Source: Anaeromyxobacter sp. (lineage in GTDB: Bacteria; Myxococcota; Myxococcia; Myxococcales; Anaeromyxobacteraceae). From it: DNA of 64,000 nucleotides. Position numbers and translations under genes: made by a program. Shown here in pieces: positions 47,454 through 56,714 of this stretch. Under the pieces are notes generated by a model. That model searched no databases. It saw nothing but the letters and a program-made list of their open reading frames with translations, and was not told where the DNA came from. Every line of letters begins with the position of its first letter. Position 1 is the stretch's first letter. Location of the stretch: assembly GCA_049840735.1 (NCBI GenBank), contig JASGJN010000013.1, positions 128,001 through 192,000 of the forward strand. The letters are read 5' to 3'.

Positions 47454-47486
47454 AAAAAAGAAAAAGTGGGCGAAGCCGCCCACTTT
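47454..47486 (-). terminator. Terminator-like hairpin (attenuator) in the rimP leader
   Basis: Perfect 10-bp stem AAAGTGGGCG/CGCCCACTTT with a T-rich tail on the - strand, ending a few nt before the rimP ATG. Confidence 0.75.
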
Positions 47487-47525
47487 CGTAACCCGGCGTG
47501 ATCCGGGGCCGAAAATGTGGGCGTG

Positions 47526-47554
47526 TAGGTAACAAATGGCGCGTGGTGCGTCAA
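47526..47554 (-). promoter_or_regulatory. Putative sigma70-type promoter of the rimP-nusA-infB operon
   Basis: TTGACG-17 bp-TACCTA, with TG at the extended -10 position. Confidence 0.4.
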
Positions 47555-47686
47555 GGAAGACCTGGCTCCGCCTTCCCCCGGCGAGGGGACGGGCCGCCGC
47601 CGGGCCTGCCGTTGAGCGAGGGGCTACCCAGCCTTTCGCCGTCCGTGTATTCCCTATGGAGCAGCCGCCCTGCGGCGGACGACCGC

Positions 47687-48537
47687 ATGCCTCCCGCTTT
47701 CCACCGCCCCTACCGGACCTTGGCCGCCGCCTGCATCCTGCTGGCGCTCATCCCGGTGGCGCTCGCCCAGACCGTCCCCAGCCCGGCCCAGCTCGCCGGC
47801 GCGTACGCCGGCTGGGCGCTGGCCTGCTACATGGCCGCGGCCATCAGCGCCGCCCAGGTGGCCGTCACCTTCGACGGCGGCGACCTGCAGCGGGCCGGGT
47901 GGGGGCTCCTGGCCGGGGCCTTCCTGGTGCTGTTCCTGGCCCGCCTGTCCGCGCCCCCGAACCCCTTCAAGCTCTACGACGGGCCGGCGCCCGCGCCCGC
48001 GCTGGTCAGCATCGCCAGCATCATCTCCTCGTCCCTGGCGGCCGCCGGGTACCTGGTGCTGGCCCTGGCCTGGCACCGCTCCGGCCTGGACGACGCCAGC
48101 CCGCGCCGGCGGTGGGTGAGCGCGCTGGGCGGCCTGGGGGTGGCGGCCGCGCTGGCCGGGCCCGACCTCGTGCAGCAGCTCCCCGCCGCCCTGCGCGGCG
48201 ATCCTCCGCCGCCGCCGACGTGATCACCGACCTCATGGACGCGGCCATCTTCGTGGTGGCGGTGCCGGTGCTGCGCGCCGCGCGCTCGCTGGGCGGCGGC
48301 GTGGTGCAGTGGCCCTGGCTGCTGCTCACCCTGAGCGTCGCCGGCTGGCTGGGGTACGACGCGCTGGCGGCCTACGGCAGCGCGCTGGGGGTCTCCAACT
48401 GGACCGTCCGCGTGGGAGACGAGGCGTTCCGCACCCTCGCCTGCCTGGGCGCCTTCGGCGCCGGCACGGCCCAGCGCTGGGTGATGAACCAGGCGCCTGG
48501 GGCGGAGCTGGACGCCCGGACCAGGAGCGCGGCGTGA
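47687..48537 (+). CDS. Multi-TM membrane protein, paralog 1; one frameshift at about 48200
   Basis: Two ORF halves align end to end with the intact paralog 48860-49699; one base is missing right after GATC. Confidence 0.82.
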
Positions 48538-48623
48538 GCGCACCGACCTCGCCCCACAGGCAGTTCCACCAACCTCGACCGCGGGCTATCCAGCCGCGCG
48601 GCCGCGCGCTATAGGCGCTGCGA

Positions 48624-48863
48624 ATGGCTCCCGGGGGCGTCGCAGAGCGGATCGAGGCCAGGCTGGCCCTGCTGCTGGGCCCGAACAACGCGCGCAACGC
48701 GGTGCGGACCTTCGCGCGGCGCTCGCTCGAGATCGAGCCGGAGCAGCTGCGCCCCGGCGACGCCGCGCGCCTGATGGAGGCGCTCCGCCCCATGCTGAGG
48801 ACGCTCCTGGGCGCCACCACCGCCGAGCGCGTCATCCGCGAGATCACGGAGGACGTCGGATGA
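48624..48863 (+). CDS. 79-aa soluble helical hypothetical protein
   Basis: Typical codon usage; its stop overlaps the next start (ATGA). Confidence 0.8.
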   Translation: MAPGGVAERIEARLALLLGPNNARNAVRTFARRSLEIEPEQLRPGDAARLMEALRPMLRTLLGATTAERVIREITEDVG

Positions 48864-49699
48864 GCTGGCGCGCGCACCGTCCGTACGCGCTGCTGGGCCT
48901 GCTCTGCGCGGCGCTCGCCGCCGTGCCGGTGATCATGGCCCGCACCGTGCCCGACCCCATGGCGCTGGCCGGCTCGTACATGGGCTGGACGCTGGGCCTC
49001 TACCTGGCCGCCTTCACCGGCGCGGCGCTGGCCGCCGCCACCTTCGGCGCCGACGACGCGCAGCGGCCCGGCTGGCTGCTGATGGGGCTGTCCTACCTGG
49101 CGCTGCTGCCGGCGCGGCTCCTGGTGGGCCCCAACCCGAGCGGCCTGTTCCAGGCCGACGAGCCGCTGCTCTGGCTGCGCGTGGTGTCGAGCGTCGCCAA
49201 CTCGTCGCTGATGCTGGCCGCGATGCTGGCCCTGGCCCGCGCCTGGCGGCAGAGCGGCCTGGACGACCCGCGCCCCTGGCTGCGCTGGGTCACGCAGCTG
49301 GCGGGCGTGGCGCTGGCGGTGGCGCTGATGGGGCCGGACCTGATCCGCACCCAGCTCCCCGCCGTGCTGGACGGCGACGCGGCCGCGTGGGGCAACGTCA
49401 TCACCGACGTGCTGGACGGCCTGGTGCTGGCGGTGGCGGTGCCGGTGCTGCGGGCCGCGGTGGCGCTGGGCGGCGGCCTGGTGGCCTGGCCCTGGCTCTT
49501 CCTCACCACCGGCCTGCTGGGCTGGATCTGCTTCGACGCCATCGCCGCCTCCGACGGCCTGGGCCTCACGCCCTTCGACGCCCGCACCGCCACCGAGGTG
49601 GCCCGCACCTGGGCCTGCCTCTTCACCATGGCGGCGGGCGCGGCGCAGCGCTGGATCATGTCCGCGCCGCCGGGCGCGCCGGACGAGGATGCGGTCTAG
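48860..49699 (+). CDS. Multi-TM membrane protein, paralog 2
   Basis: About 8 hydrophobic segments; motifs shared with paralog 1. Confidence 0.85.
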   Translation: MSWRAHRPYALLGLLCAALAAVPVIMARTVPDPMALAGSYMGWTLGLYLAAFTGAALAAATFGADDAQRPGWLLMGLSYLALLPARLLVGPNPSGLFQADEPLLWLRVVSSVANSSLMLAAMLALARAWRQSGLDDPRPWLRWVTQLAGVALAVALMGPDLIRTQLPAVLDGDAAAWGNVITDVLDGLVLAVAVPVLRAAVALGGGLVAWPWLFLTTGLLGWICFDAIAASDGLGLTPFDARTATEVARTWACLFTMAAGAAQRWIMSAPPGAPDEDAV

Positions 49700-49956
49700 G
49701 GCAGCAGCCGCAGCCCCAGCAGCCACTCGCGGTTGCCGGCGGGCCCGATGATCACACGGGGGCTGCGCCCCCGCCCCGCCGGCACAGCCGTCGGGGCCCC
49801 ACCCCGGCTCCGCGGGGCCCTGCGCCGTGCTCGCCGCTTCGCGGCTCCGCGCGGCTGCCCCGCGAGGAGGGGCTACGCCCCTCCCCCCTGCTTCGCAGGG
49901 GCCCCCCGCCCCTCGAGCCGCAGCCCCAGCAGCCACTCGCGGTTGCCAGCGGGCCC
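49696..49956. repeat. 41-bp direct repeat (49706-49746 / 49916-49956) duplicating the tlyA 3' end around a hairpin-rich spacer
   Basis: agccgcagccccagcagccactcgcggttgcc(g/a)gcgggccc, one mismatch, 210-bp period. Confidence 0.85.
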
Positions 49957-50697
49957 TTCGATGGGCGACTCGGCGTGCCCCAGCACCTCGAAGCCGAGCC
50001 CGCGCGCGGCCTCGGCGACGCCCTCCAGCGCGGCGCGCCGCTTGGCCTCCTCGCGGACCACGCCGCCCTTCCCCACCTCGCCCTTCCCCACCTCGAACTG
50101 CGGCTTGACCAGCAGCGCCGCCAGGCCGCCCGGGCGCAGGATGGCCTTCACCGCCGGCAGGATCAGCCGGAGCGAGATGAAGGAGAGGTCACCCACCACC
50201 AGGTCCACCGGGCCGCCCAGCGCCTCCGCGGTGAGGGCGCGGGCGTTCTCGCGCTCGCGCACCACCACCCGCGGGTCGGCCCGCAGCCGCGGATGGAGCT
50301 GGCCGTAGCCGACGTCGATGGCCAGGACCTGGGCCGCGCCGCGCTGGAGCAGCAGGTCGGTGAAGCCGCCGGTGGAGGCGCCCAGGTCGGCGCAGCGCAG
50401 CCCGCGCGGCTCGATGGGGAAGACCTCCAGCGCGCGCTCCAGCTTGAGCGCGCCGCGCGAGACGTACTTCTGCGGGGCGGCGTCGGCCTTGAGCCGCAGC
50501 GGCAGCGCCGGGTCCACCAGCGCGCCGGGCTTGTCCACCCGCGCCTCGCCCGCCACCACCGCGCCGGCCATCACCAGCGCCTGGGCGCGGGTGCGCGACT
50601 CCGCCAGGCCGCGCTCCACGAGCAGGAGGTCGATGCGCTGCCGGCGGGGCGGCCGCGGGGGCCGCTCGCCGGGCGGGGCTGGCGGGCCGCCGCTCAC
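49873..50697 (-). CDS. tlyA: TlyA family rRNA 2'-O-methyltransferase
   Basis: S4 domain, YVSRGALKL, DLGASTGGFTD, DLSFISL, LVKPQFE, SPIEGPAGNRE. Confidence 0.95.
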   Translation of the reverse strand: MSGGPPAPPGERPPRPPRRQRIDLLLVERGLAESRTRAQALVMAGAVVAGEARVDKPGALVDPALPLRLKADAAPQKYVSRGALKLERALEVFPIEPRGLRCADLGASTGGFTDLLLQRGAAQVLAIDVGYGQLHPRLRADPRVVVRERENARALTAEALGGPVDLVVGDLSFISLRLILPAVKAILRPGGLAALLVKPQFEVGKGEVGKGGVVREEAKRRAALEGVAEAARGLGFEVLGHAESPIEGPAGNREWLLGLRLEGRGAPAKQGGGA

Positions 50698-52602
50698 GCC
50701 GCGCCGCGCGCCTTGCGGTCGCCCACCAGGGCCCGGGCCGCGGCCGCGATCCCCTCCGCGTCCAGCCCGAAGGCGGCCCGCTGGCGGCCGGCGTCTCCGT
50801 GGGTGACGAACTCGTCCGGCAGCCCCAACCGCTTCACGGCCAGGCCGCGCTCCAGCAGGCCGCGCCGCTCGAAGGCCTCCAGGCAGCCGGCCCCGAAGCC
50901 GCCCGGCAGGCAGCCCTCCTCCACCGTCACCACCCGCCCGGCGCGCTGCGCCTCGCCGGCGATCAGCTCCTCGTCGAGCGGCTTCACGAAGCGCGCGTCG
51001 ATCACCGTGGCGGCGATCCCCTCGGCGCCGAGCTTCTCCGCGGCGGCCAGCGCCGGCTTGAGCGTGGTGCCGACCGAGACCAGGCAGACGTCCGGCTTGC
51101 CCGGCACGTTCCGCAGGAGCCGGCCCTTGCCCACCTCCAGCGCGCGCGGCGGCTCCACCGCCACGCCCTCGCCGGCGCCGCGCGGGAAGCGGAAGGCGGC
51201 CGGCCCGTCCAGCGCCAGCGCGGTGTGGAGCGCGTGGCGCAGCTCGTTCTCGTCCGACGGGGCCATCACCACCAGGTTGGGCACGCAGCGCAGATAGGCC
51301 AGGTCGTAGGCGCCCTGGTGCGTCTTGCCGTCCGCGCCCACCAGGCCGCCGCGGTCGAGCGCGAACGTGACCGGGAGCTTCTGCAGCGCCACGTCATGGA
51401 TGATCTGGTCGTAGGCGCGCTGCAGGAAGGTGGAGTAGATGGCGACCACCGGCCGGATCCCGTCGCAGGCCAGGCCGGCGGCGAAGGTGACGGCGTGCTG
51501 CTCGGCGATGCCGACGTCGTAGGTGCGGTCCGGGAAGCGCTGCTTGGCCTGGATGAGGCCGGTCCCCTCCAGCATTGCGGCGGTGATGGCCACCACCCGC
51601 GGGTCGGCGGCCATCTCGTCGCAGAGCGCGCCGGCGAAGTGGTCGGTGTAGGCCTTGGCCCCGGCCTTCTTGACCGGCTTGCCGGTCTCGACGTCGAAGA
51701 AGGACAGGCCGTGGCCGCGGGTGGCCTTGTCCGACTCGGCCGGCTGGTACCCCTTGCCCTTGGTGGTGATGACGTGCAGCAGCACCGGGCCGTCGAAGGT
51801 GGCCAGCTTGCGGAAGGTCTCGACCAGCTTCACCACGTCGTGCCCGTCCACCGGCCCCACGTAGTGGAAGCCCAGCCCCTCGAAGAGGATGCCGGGGGTC
51901 ACCAGCGCCTTGGTGGCGTTGATGCCGTGGCGGATCATCTCGATGGCCTGCGGCCCCTTGGGCACCTGGGCCAGGAACTCCTTCACCGACTTGCGCCAGC
52001 GGTTGTAGGTCCGCGAGGCGAACTTCTTCGAGAACCACTCCGACATCGCCCCGACGTTGGGCGAGATCGACATCTCGTTGTCGTTCAGCACCACCAGCAG
52101 CGAGCGCCCCAGGTAGCCGGCCTGGTTCAGCCCCTCGAAGGCCATCCCGCCGGTCATGGCGCCGTCGCCCACCACCGCCACCACCTTGCCCGGCTCGCCG
52201 GTCAGCCGCTTGGCCTCCATCATGCCCAGCGCGGCGCTGATGGCGGTGGAGGCGTGGCCCACGCCGAAGGCGTCGTGCACCGACTCGTGCCGCTCCGGGA
52301 AGCCGGCCAGCCCGCCCTCGGTGCGGATGGTGTGGAAGGCCTCGCGCCGCCCGGTGAGGAGCTTGTGGGCGTAGGCCTGGTGGCCGACGTCCCAGACCAG
52401 CTTGTCCTCCGGGGTGGAGAACACGTGGTGCAGCGCCACGTTGATCTCTACCGCGCCCAGCGACGAGCCGAGGTGGCCGCCGGTGCGGGCGCAGGTCTCG
52501 ATGATCTCGCGGCGGAGCTCCTCGCAGAGCGCGGGGAGCTCCTCGGGCGGGAGGCGCTTGAGATTCGGCGGGGCTGTCGATGCCGTCGAGCAGTCGGGCC
52601 AT
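50694..52602 (-). CDS. dxs: 1-deoxy-D-xylulose-5-phosphate synthase; one frameshift at 52562-52566
   Basis: GGHLGSSLG, WDVGHQAY, GDGAMTGG, LNDNEMSI, DVGIAEQHAV, YSTFLQRAYDQ, DRGGLVGADG. Confidence 0.96.
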
Positions 52603-52620
52603 GTCACGCTCCTTCGTTCC

Positions 52621-53521
52621 CTACTTCTGTCGCGACAGCACGAACCGCGCCAGCGCCCGGAGGGCTGCGGCCGGCTCCCCCAGGGGAGCGAGGCCGTCGA
52701 GCGCCTCCTCGAGCAGCACCGCCGCCCGCCTGCGCGCCTCCTCCGCCCCCAGCACCGCCGGCAGCGTGGCCTTGCCCGCCGCCGCGTCCTTGCCGGCGCG
52801 CTTGCCCAGGGTGGTGGTGTCGGCGGTGAGGTCGAGCAGGTCGTCGGCGATTCTGGAAGGCCAGCCCGAGCTTGAGGCCGATGGCGTGGGCCCGGGCCTG
52901 GTCGGCCCCGGCGCAGACCGCGCCGCCCGCCACCGCCGCCGCCAGCAGCGCGCCGGTCTTGGTGGACATGAGCTGCAGGATCTCCGCCTCGCCCAGGGGG
53001 CGGTGCTCGCCCTCGATGTCGCGGGCCTGCCCGTCCACCATCAGCAGCGCGTCGTCTGCCAGCAGCCGCCCCAGCTGCGCGGCGCGCGCGTCCTCCGCGG
53101 CCAGCAGGTGGGCGAAGGCCAGCGACTGCAGCCCGTCGCCCACCAGGATGGCGGTGGCCTCGTCGAAGGCGCGGTGCACCGTGGGCCGGCCCCGGCGCAG
53201 GTCGTCGTCGTCCATGGCGGGCAGGTCGTCGTGGACGAGCGAGTAGGTGTGGATGGCCTCGAGCGCGACCGCGAAGCGGAAGGCCAGCCCGTCGTCGGAT
53301 GCGTCGCCGCCGTGCGCGGTGCAGGAGGCCAGCACCAGCGCCGGGCGGAGGCGCTTGCCGCCGCCCAGCAGGGCGTGGCGCATGGCCTCGACCAGCCGGG
53401 CCGGGGCCACCTTGGCCCGCGCGTCCAGCAGCGCCGAGAGGCGCGCCTCGACGCGCGCGGCGACGGCGCGGAGGTAGGTGTCGATGTCGTGATCGGGCGG
53501 CAAGCGGGAGGGTTCTAGCAC
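52621..53521 (-). CDS. ispA: Farnesyl/geranyl diphosphate synthase; one frameshift at 52849-52853
   Basis: GGKRLRP, SLVHDDLPAMDDDDLRRG, GQ..D, KTGAL, AFQ(I)ADDLLD, GK.AGKD; start uncertain. Confidence 0.92.
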
Positions 53522-53623
53522 AGCGTCTGGCCCGCCGATTGTGGAAGGCCGGACGCAGGCCGGAGGTGGACGGCCGGACACGCGCGTCCCTGCCGGGTGC
53601 CTCCGGACCTCGGGCGCCGCGCC

Positions 53624-54037
53624 TCAGGCCGGCGTCGGCAGCGCCCCGGCGCGCTGGCCCAGGATCTCCCGGATGCGCGCCACCAGGCGGTCCATGTCGA
53701 GCGGCTTGGGGAAGTAGTCCACCGCGCCGGCCTCGAGCCCGGCGCGCTCGTCCTCGGCGCTCTTGCGCGCCGAGATGAAGATGACCGGGATGTCGCCGAA
53801 GGTGGGGTTCTTCTTGATGGCCCGGCACAGCTCGAAGCCGTCGATCCAGCTCATCATGACGTCGAGCAGGATCACGTCGGGCCGGTCCACGTGCATGGCG
53901 GAGATGAGCCGCAGGCCGTTCGCGGCCTGGCCCACGTCGAAGCCCTCCAGCTCCAGCGCCAGCGTGAGCATCTCGCGGGTGTCGCGGTCGTCGTCGACGA
54001 TGATGATGCGGGGGCGGGCGGGACGCGTCTCGGGCAT
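53624..54037 (-). CDS. Single-domain response regulator
   Basis: IIVDDD, LLDVMM, ISA, DYFPKP. Confidence 0.9.
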   Translation of the reverse strand: MPETRPARPRIIIVDDDRDTREMLTLALELEGFDVGQAANGLRLISAMHVDRPDVILLDVMMSWIDGFELCRAIKKNPTFGDIPVIFISARKSAEDERAGLEAGAVDYFPKPLDMDRLVARIREILGQRAGALPTPA

Positions 54038-54045
54038 GGGCGGGC

Positions 54046-54325
54046 TCACGGCGCGCGGCCGGCCTCCACGTCGAGCGGGACCGCCGCCTCGTCGCCGTCC
54101 GCGGTGCGCACCAGCTGCTCCACGCGGCGCTCCGCCTCGTCGAGCTTGCGCGACGCCTCGCGCGCCAGCCGCACGCCCTCGGCGAACCGCTCGATTCGAC
54201 TGCTCCAGCGAGAGCTGGCCGCCCTCGAGTTCGCCGACCACGCGCTCCAGCCGCGCGACGATGGCGTCGTACGGATCCTCGGTGCCTGCAGGTGCGGCGG
54301 GACGTTCGCTGCTCGGCTCGCTCAA
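54046..54325 (-). CDS. xseB: Exodeoxyribonuclease VII small subunit; one frameshift at 54193-54197
   Basis: GGAGGT RBS + TTG; LE.VV.ELE.G.LSLEQS(I)ERFAEG…LDEAERRV. Confidence 0.9.
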
Positions 54326-54387
54326 CGCGACCTCCGACCTGCGGCTCCGGGCCCTGCTGCGGCCCTGCCCAGGCTGATCGAAATTCA

Positions 54388-55869
54388 TTAACGGGTCCGA
54401 AAAAGGGGGTCAACGGCCGACCCGCCGAGGCGCCCACCCTCACCGCCCTGGCGGGGATCCGGGCGACCCGGCAACGGGTCTGCCCCCTCGTCGCACCCCG
54501 TCACCGTGGCGTCCAGCCACCCCTCCGCCAGCGCGATCCGGACCGCGTCCCCGGGCGACGCCGCGGCGCTGCGCGACACGAGGTGCCCTTGGCGGAGCAC
54601 CAGCGCGAAGCCGCGCGAGAGCAGCTTGGCCACGTTGGCCGGCTCGAGCCGCGCCGCCAGCCGCTCCACCCGCAGCCCCTCGCGGCGGAAGTACGCGGCC
54701 TGCCAGCCGCCCAGCCGGCGGGTGGCGGCCTCCATGCGCCCCTGCAGCGCCCGCAGCCGGGCGCGCGGCTCGCGCCGGGCCAGCCGCACGCGCAGCCCCT
54801 CCAGCGCCGCCCGCCGCGCCCGCGCGGCGGCGCGGGCCTCGCCCTCGGCCCGGTGCAGCAGATCGTCCAGGCGGTGGCGCTCGCGCGAGAGGAGGTGGTC
54901 CGGACCGGCCAGCCCGGCCCGCAGCGCGCGCAGGTCGCGCCGGCGCCCCTCCAGCTCGCCCTCCAGCGCCCGCTCCAGCCGCGCCCGCAGGCCCGCCACG
55001 CGCGCCACCAGCTCGTCGCGCACCGGCGCTACCAGCTGCGCCGCGTGGGTGGGGGTGGCGGCGCGGACGTCGGCCACCAGGTCGGCCACCGAGACGTCCA
55101 CCTCGTGCCCCACGGCCGAGACCACCGGCACCGGGCAGGCGGCGAGCGCCCGGGCCAGCCGCTCGTCGTCGAAGGCCGCCAGCTCCTCCTGCGAGCCGCC
55201 GCCGCGGGTCACCACGATCACGTCCACGCGGGCCCGGCACAGCGCCCGCACCGCCGAGATCACCGTGGCCGCCGCCCCCTCGCCCTGCACGCGGCAGGGG
55301 GCCACCAGCACCGGCAGCGTGGGGAAGCGGCCGTGCAGCACGCGCAGGAAGTCGCGCAGCGCCGCGCCGGTGGGGCTGGTGGCCACCCCCACGCGCCGCG
55401 GCAGGAAGGGCAGCGGCCGCTTGCGGGCGGGGTCCAGCAGCCCGTCCGCCTGGAGCCGCTCCTTCACCTGCTGCAGCAGCAGCGCGTGGGCGCCGGCGCC
55501 GCGCGGCTCCACCTCCTGCACGATCAGCTGGTACTTGCCGTGCGGCGGGTAGAGCTCGACGAAGCCGCGGGCCAGGAGCTCCTGCCCCTCCGCCAGCGCG
55601 AAGCGCACCTTGCGCGCCTGCGAGGCCCAGAGCACGGCGTTGATGACCGCCTCGTCGTCCTTGAGCGTGAAGTAGACGTGCCCGCTGGCCTGGCGCCGGA
55701 GGTTGGCCACCTCGCCGGCCACCCACACGTCGCGGAACTTCGGCTCCACCGCGTTGCGGAGCGCGCGGGTCAGCTCGCCGACGGAGTAGGGCTTCGGCGC
55801 GACGGGCGCGCGCGCGAACAGGTCGCCGGTGGTGCCGGGGGGCGGCGGGGGCGGCTTGGGGCGGCTCAC
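54388..55869 (-). CDS. xseA: Exodeoxyribonuclease VII large subunit
   Basis: [46 protein letters not shown]. Confidence 0.96.
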   Translation of the reverse strand: MSRPKPPPPPPGTTGDLFARAPVAPKPYSVGELTRALRNAVEPKFRDVWVAGEVANLRRQASGHVYFTLKDDEAVINAVLWASQARKVRFALAEGQELLARGFVELYPPHGKYQLIVQEVEPRGAGAHALLLQQVKERLQADGLLDPARKRPLPFLPRRVGVATSPTGAALRDFLRVLHGRFPTLPVLVAPCRVQGEGAAATVISAVRALCRARVDVIVVTRGGGSQEELAAFDDERLARALAACPVPVVSAVGHEVDVSVADLVADVRAATPTHAAQLVAPVRDELVARVAGLRARLERALEGELEGRRRDLRALRAGLAGPDHLLSRERHRLDDLLHRAEGEARAAARARRAALEGLRVRLARREPRARLRALQGRMEAATRRLGGWQAAYFRREGLRVERLAARLEPANVAKLLSRGFALVLRQGHLVSRSAAASPGDAVRIALAEGWLDATVTGCDEGADPLPGRPDPRQGGEGGRLGGSAVDPLFRTR

Positions 55870-56615
55870 GCGCGCAGCTCCAGGATCCGGCGCAGCAGGA
55901 CGTCCACGTCCTCCTGGCGGCGCAGGCGCCAGGGGGCCAGCGAGGGGCCCTGGCCCACGTGGACGCCGAAGACCAGCGGCGGCCCGACCACGAACGCGTC
56001 CTCGTCGGTGACGTCGTCGCCCAGGAAGAGCGCGGCCCGGCACCCGAGCCGCTTCACCAGGGTCCGCACCGCGTCGCCCTTGGTCGGGAAGTCGTGCGGC
56101 AGGACGTTGAGCACCCGCTTGCCCGGGATGAGCCGGACGCCGTCCAGGTCGGCGGCGGCGCGGAACACCTGCTCCTCGGCCCGGCGCATGGGCCGCGCCT
56201 GGCCGTAGTGGACGGCGAAGGTGGCCCCCTTGTCCTCGAACCGCACCCCCTCGATGCCGGCCAGCGCCTCCCCCAGCTGGCGCTGCCAGCCGCGGACGCG
56301 GCGGAGCACCGCCGCGGGTGGGCGGACGGGGCGCAGGAGCTCGTACCCGTGGTTGCCCACCAGGTGAGGCACGGTCCCATCGACCATGGCCGCGAGGTTC
56401 TCCAGGCTGCGGCCGGAGATGACCGCCACCGGCTCCCGCTCCGCCAGGCGGGTCAGCAGGGCCCTGGTCCGGGGCCGCATCCGGGCCCCGCCGGGCTTGT
56501 GGACGATGGGGGCCAGGACGCCGTCGAAGTCGAAGGCCAGCAGCACGCGCCCGGCCGCGGGGGCCAGGAACGCGGCGAGCGCCGCCCGGTGGCGGGGCTG
56601 GAGCAGGTCCCTCAT
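55866..56615 (-). CDS. otsB: Trehalose-6-phosphate phosphatase
   Basis: DFDGVLAPI, VISGR, GNHG.E, EDK…AVHY, KGDAV, GDDVTDEDAF. Confidence 0.9.
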   Translation of the reverse strand: MRDLLQPRHRAALAAFLAPAAGRVLLAFDFDGVLAPIVHKPGGARMRPRTRALLTRLAEREPVAVISGRSLENLAAMVDGTVPHLVGNHGYELLRPVRPPAAVLRRVRGWQRQLGEALAGIEGVRFEDKGATFAVHYGQARPMRRAEEQVFRAAADLDGVRLIPGKRVLNVLPHDFPTKGDAVRTLVKRLGCRAALFLGDDVTDEDAFVVGPPLVFGVHVGQGPSLAPWRLRRQEDVDVLLRRILELRA

Positions 56616-56714
56616 GAGATCACAGGTCGCTTCGGTGTGGGACAGGAGTGTAGCAGGGGTTTCCTCGGCCCGGACTTTCGTGTTTCCGCCCGGCGAACGT
56701 ACAATCGGGGCCCC

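Noticed and set aside
47487..47686. tRNA upstream of rimP, as seen in some bacteria
   Set aside because: No cloverleaf or T-loop consensus visible
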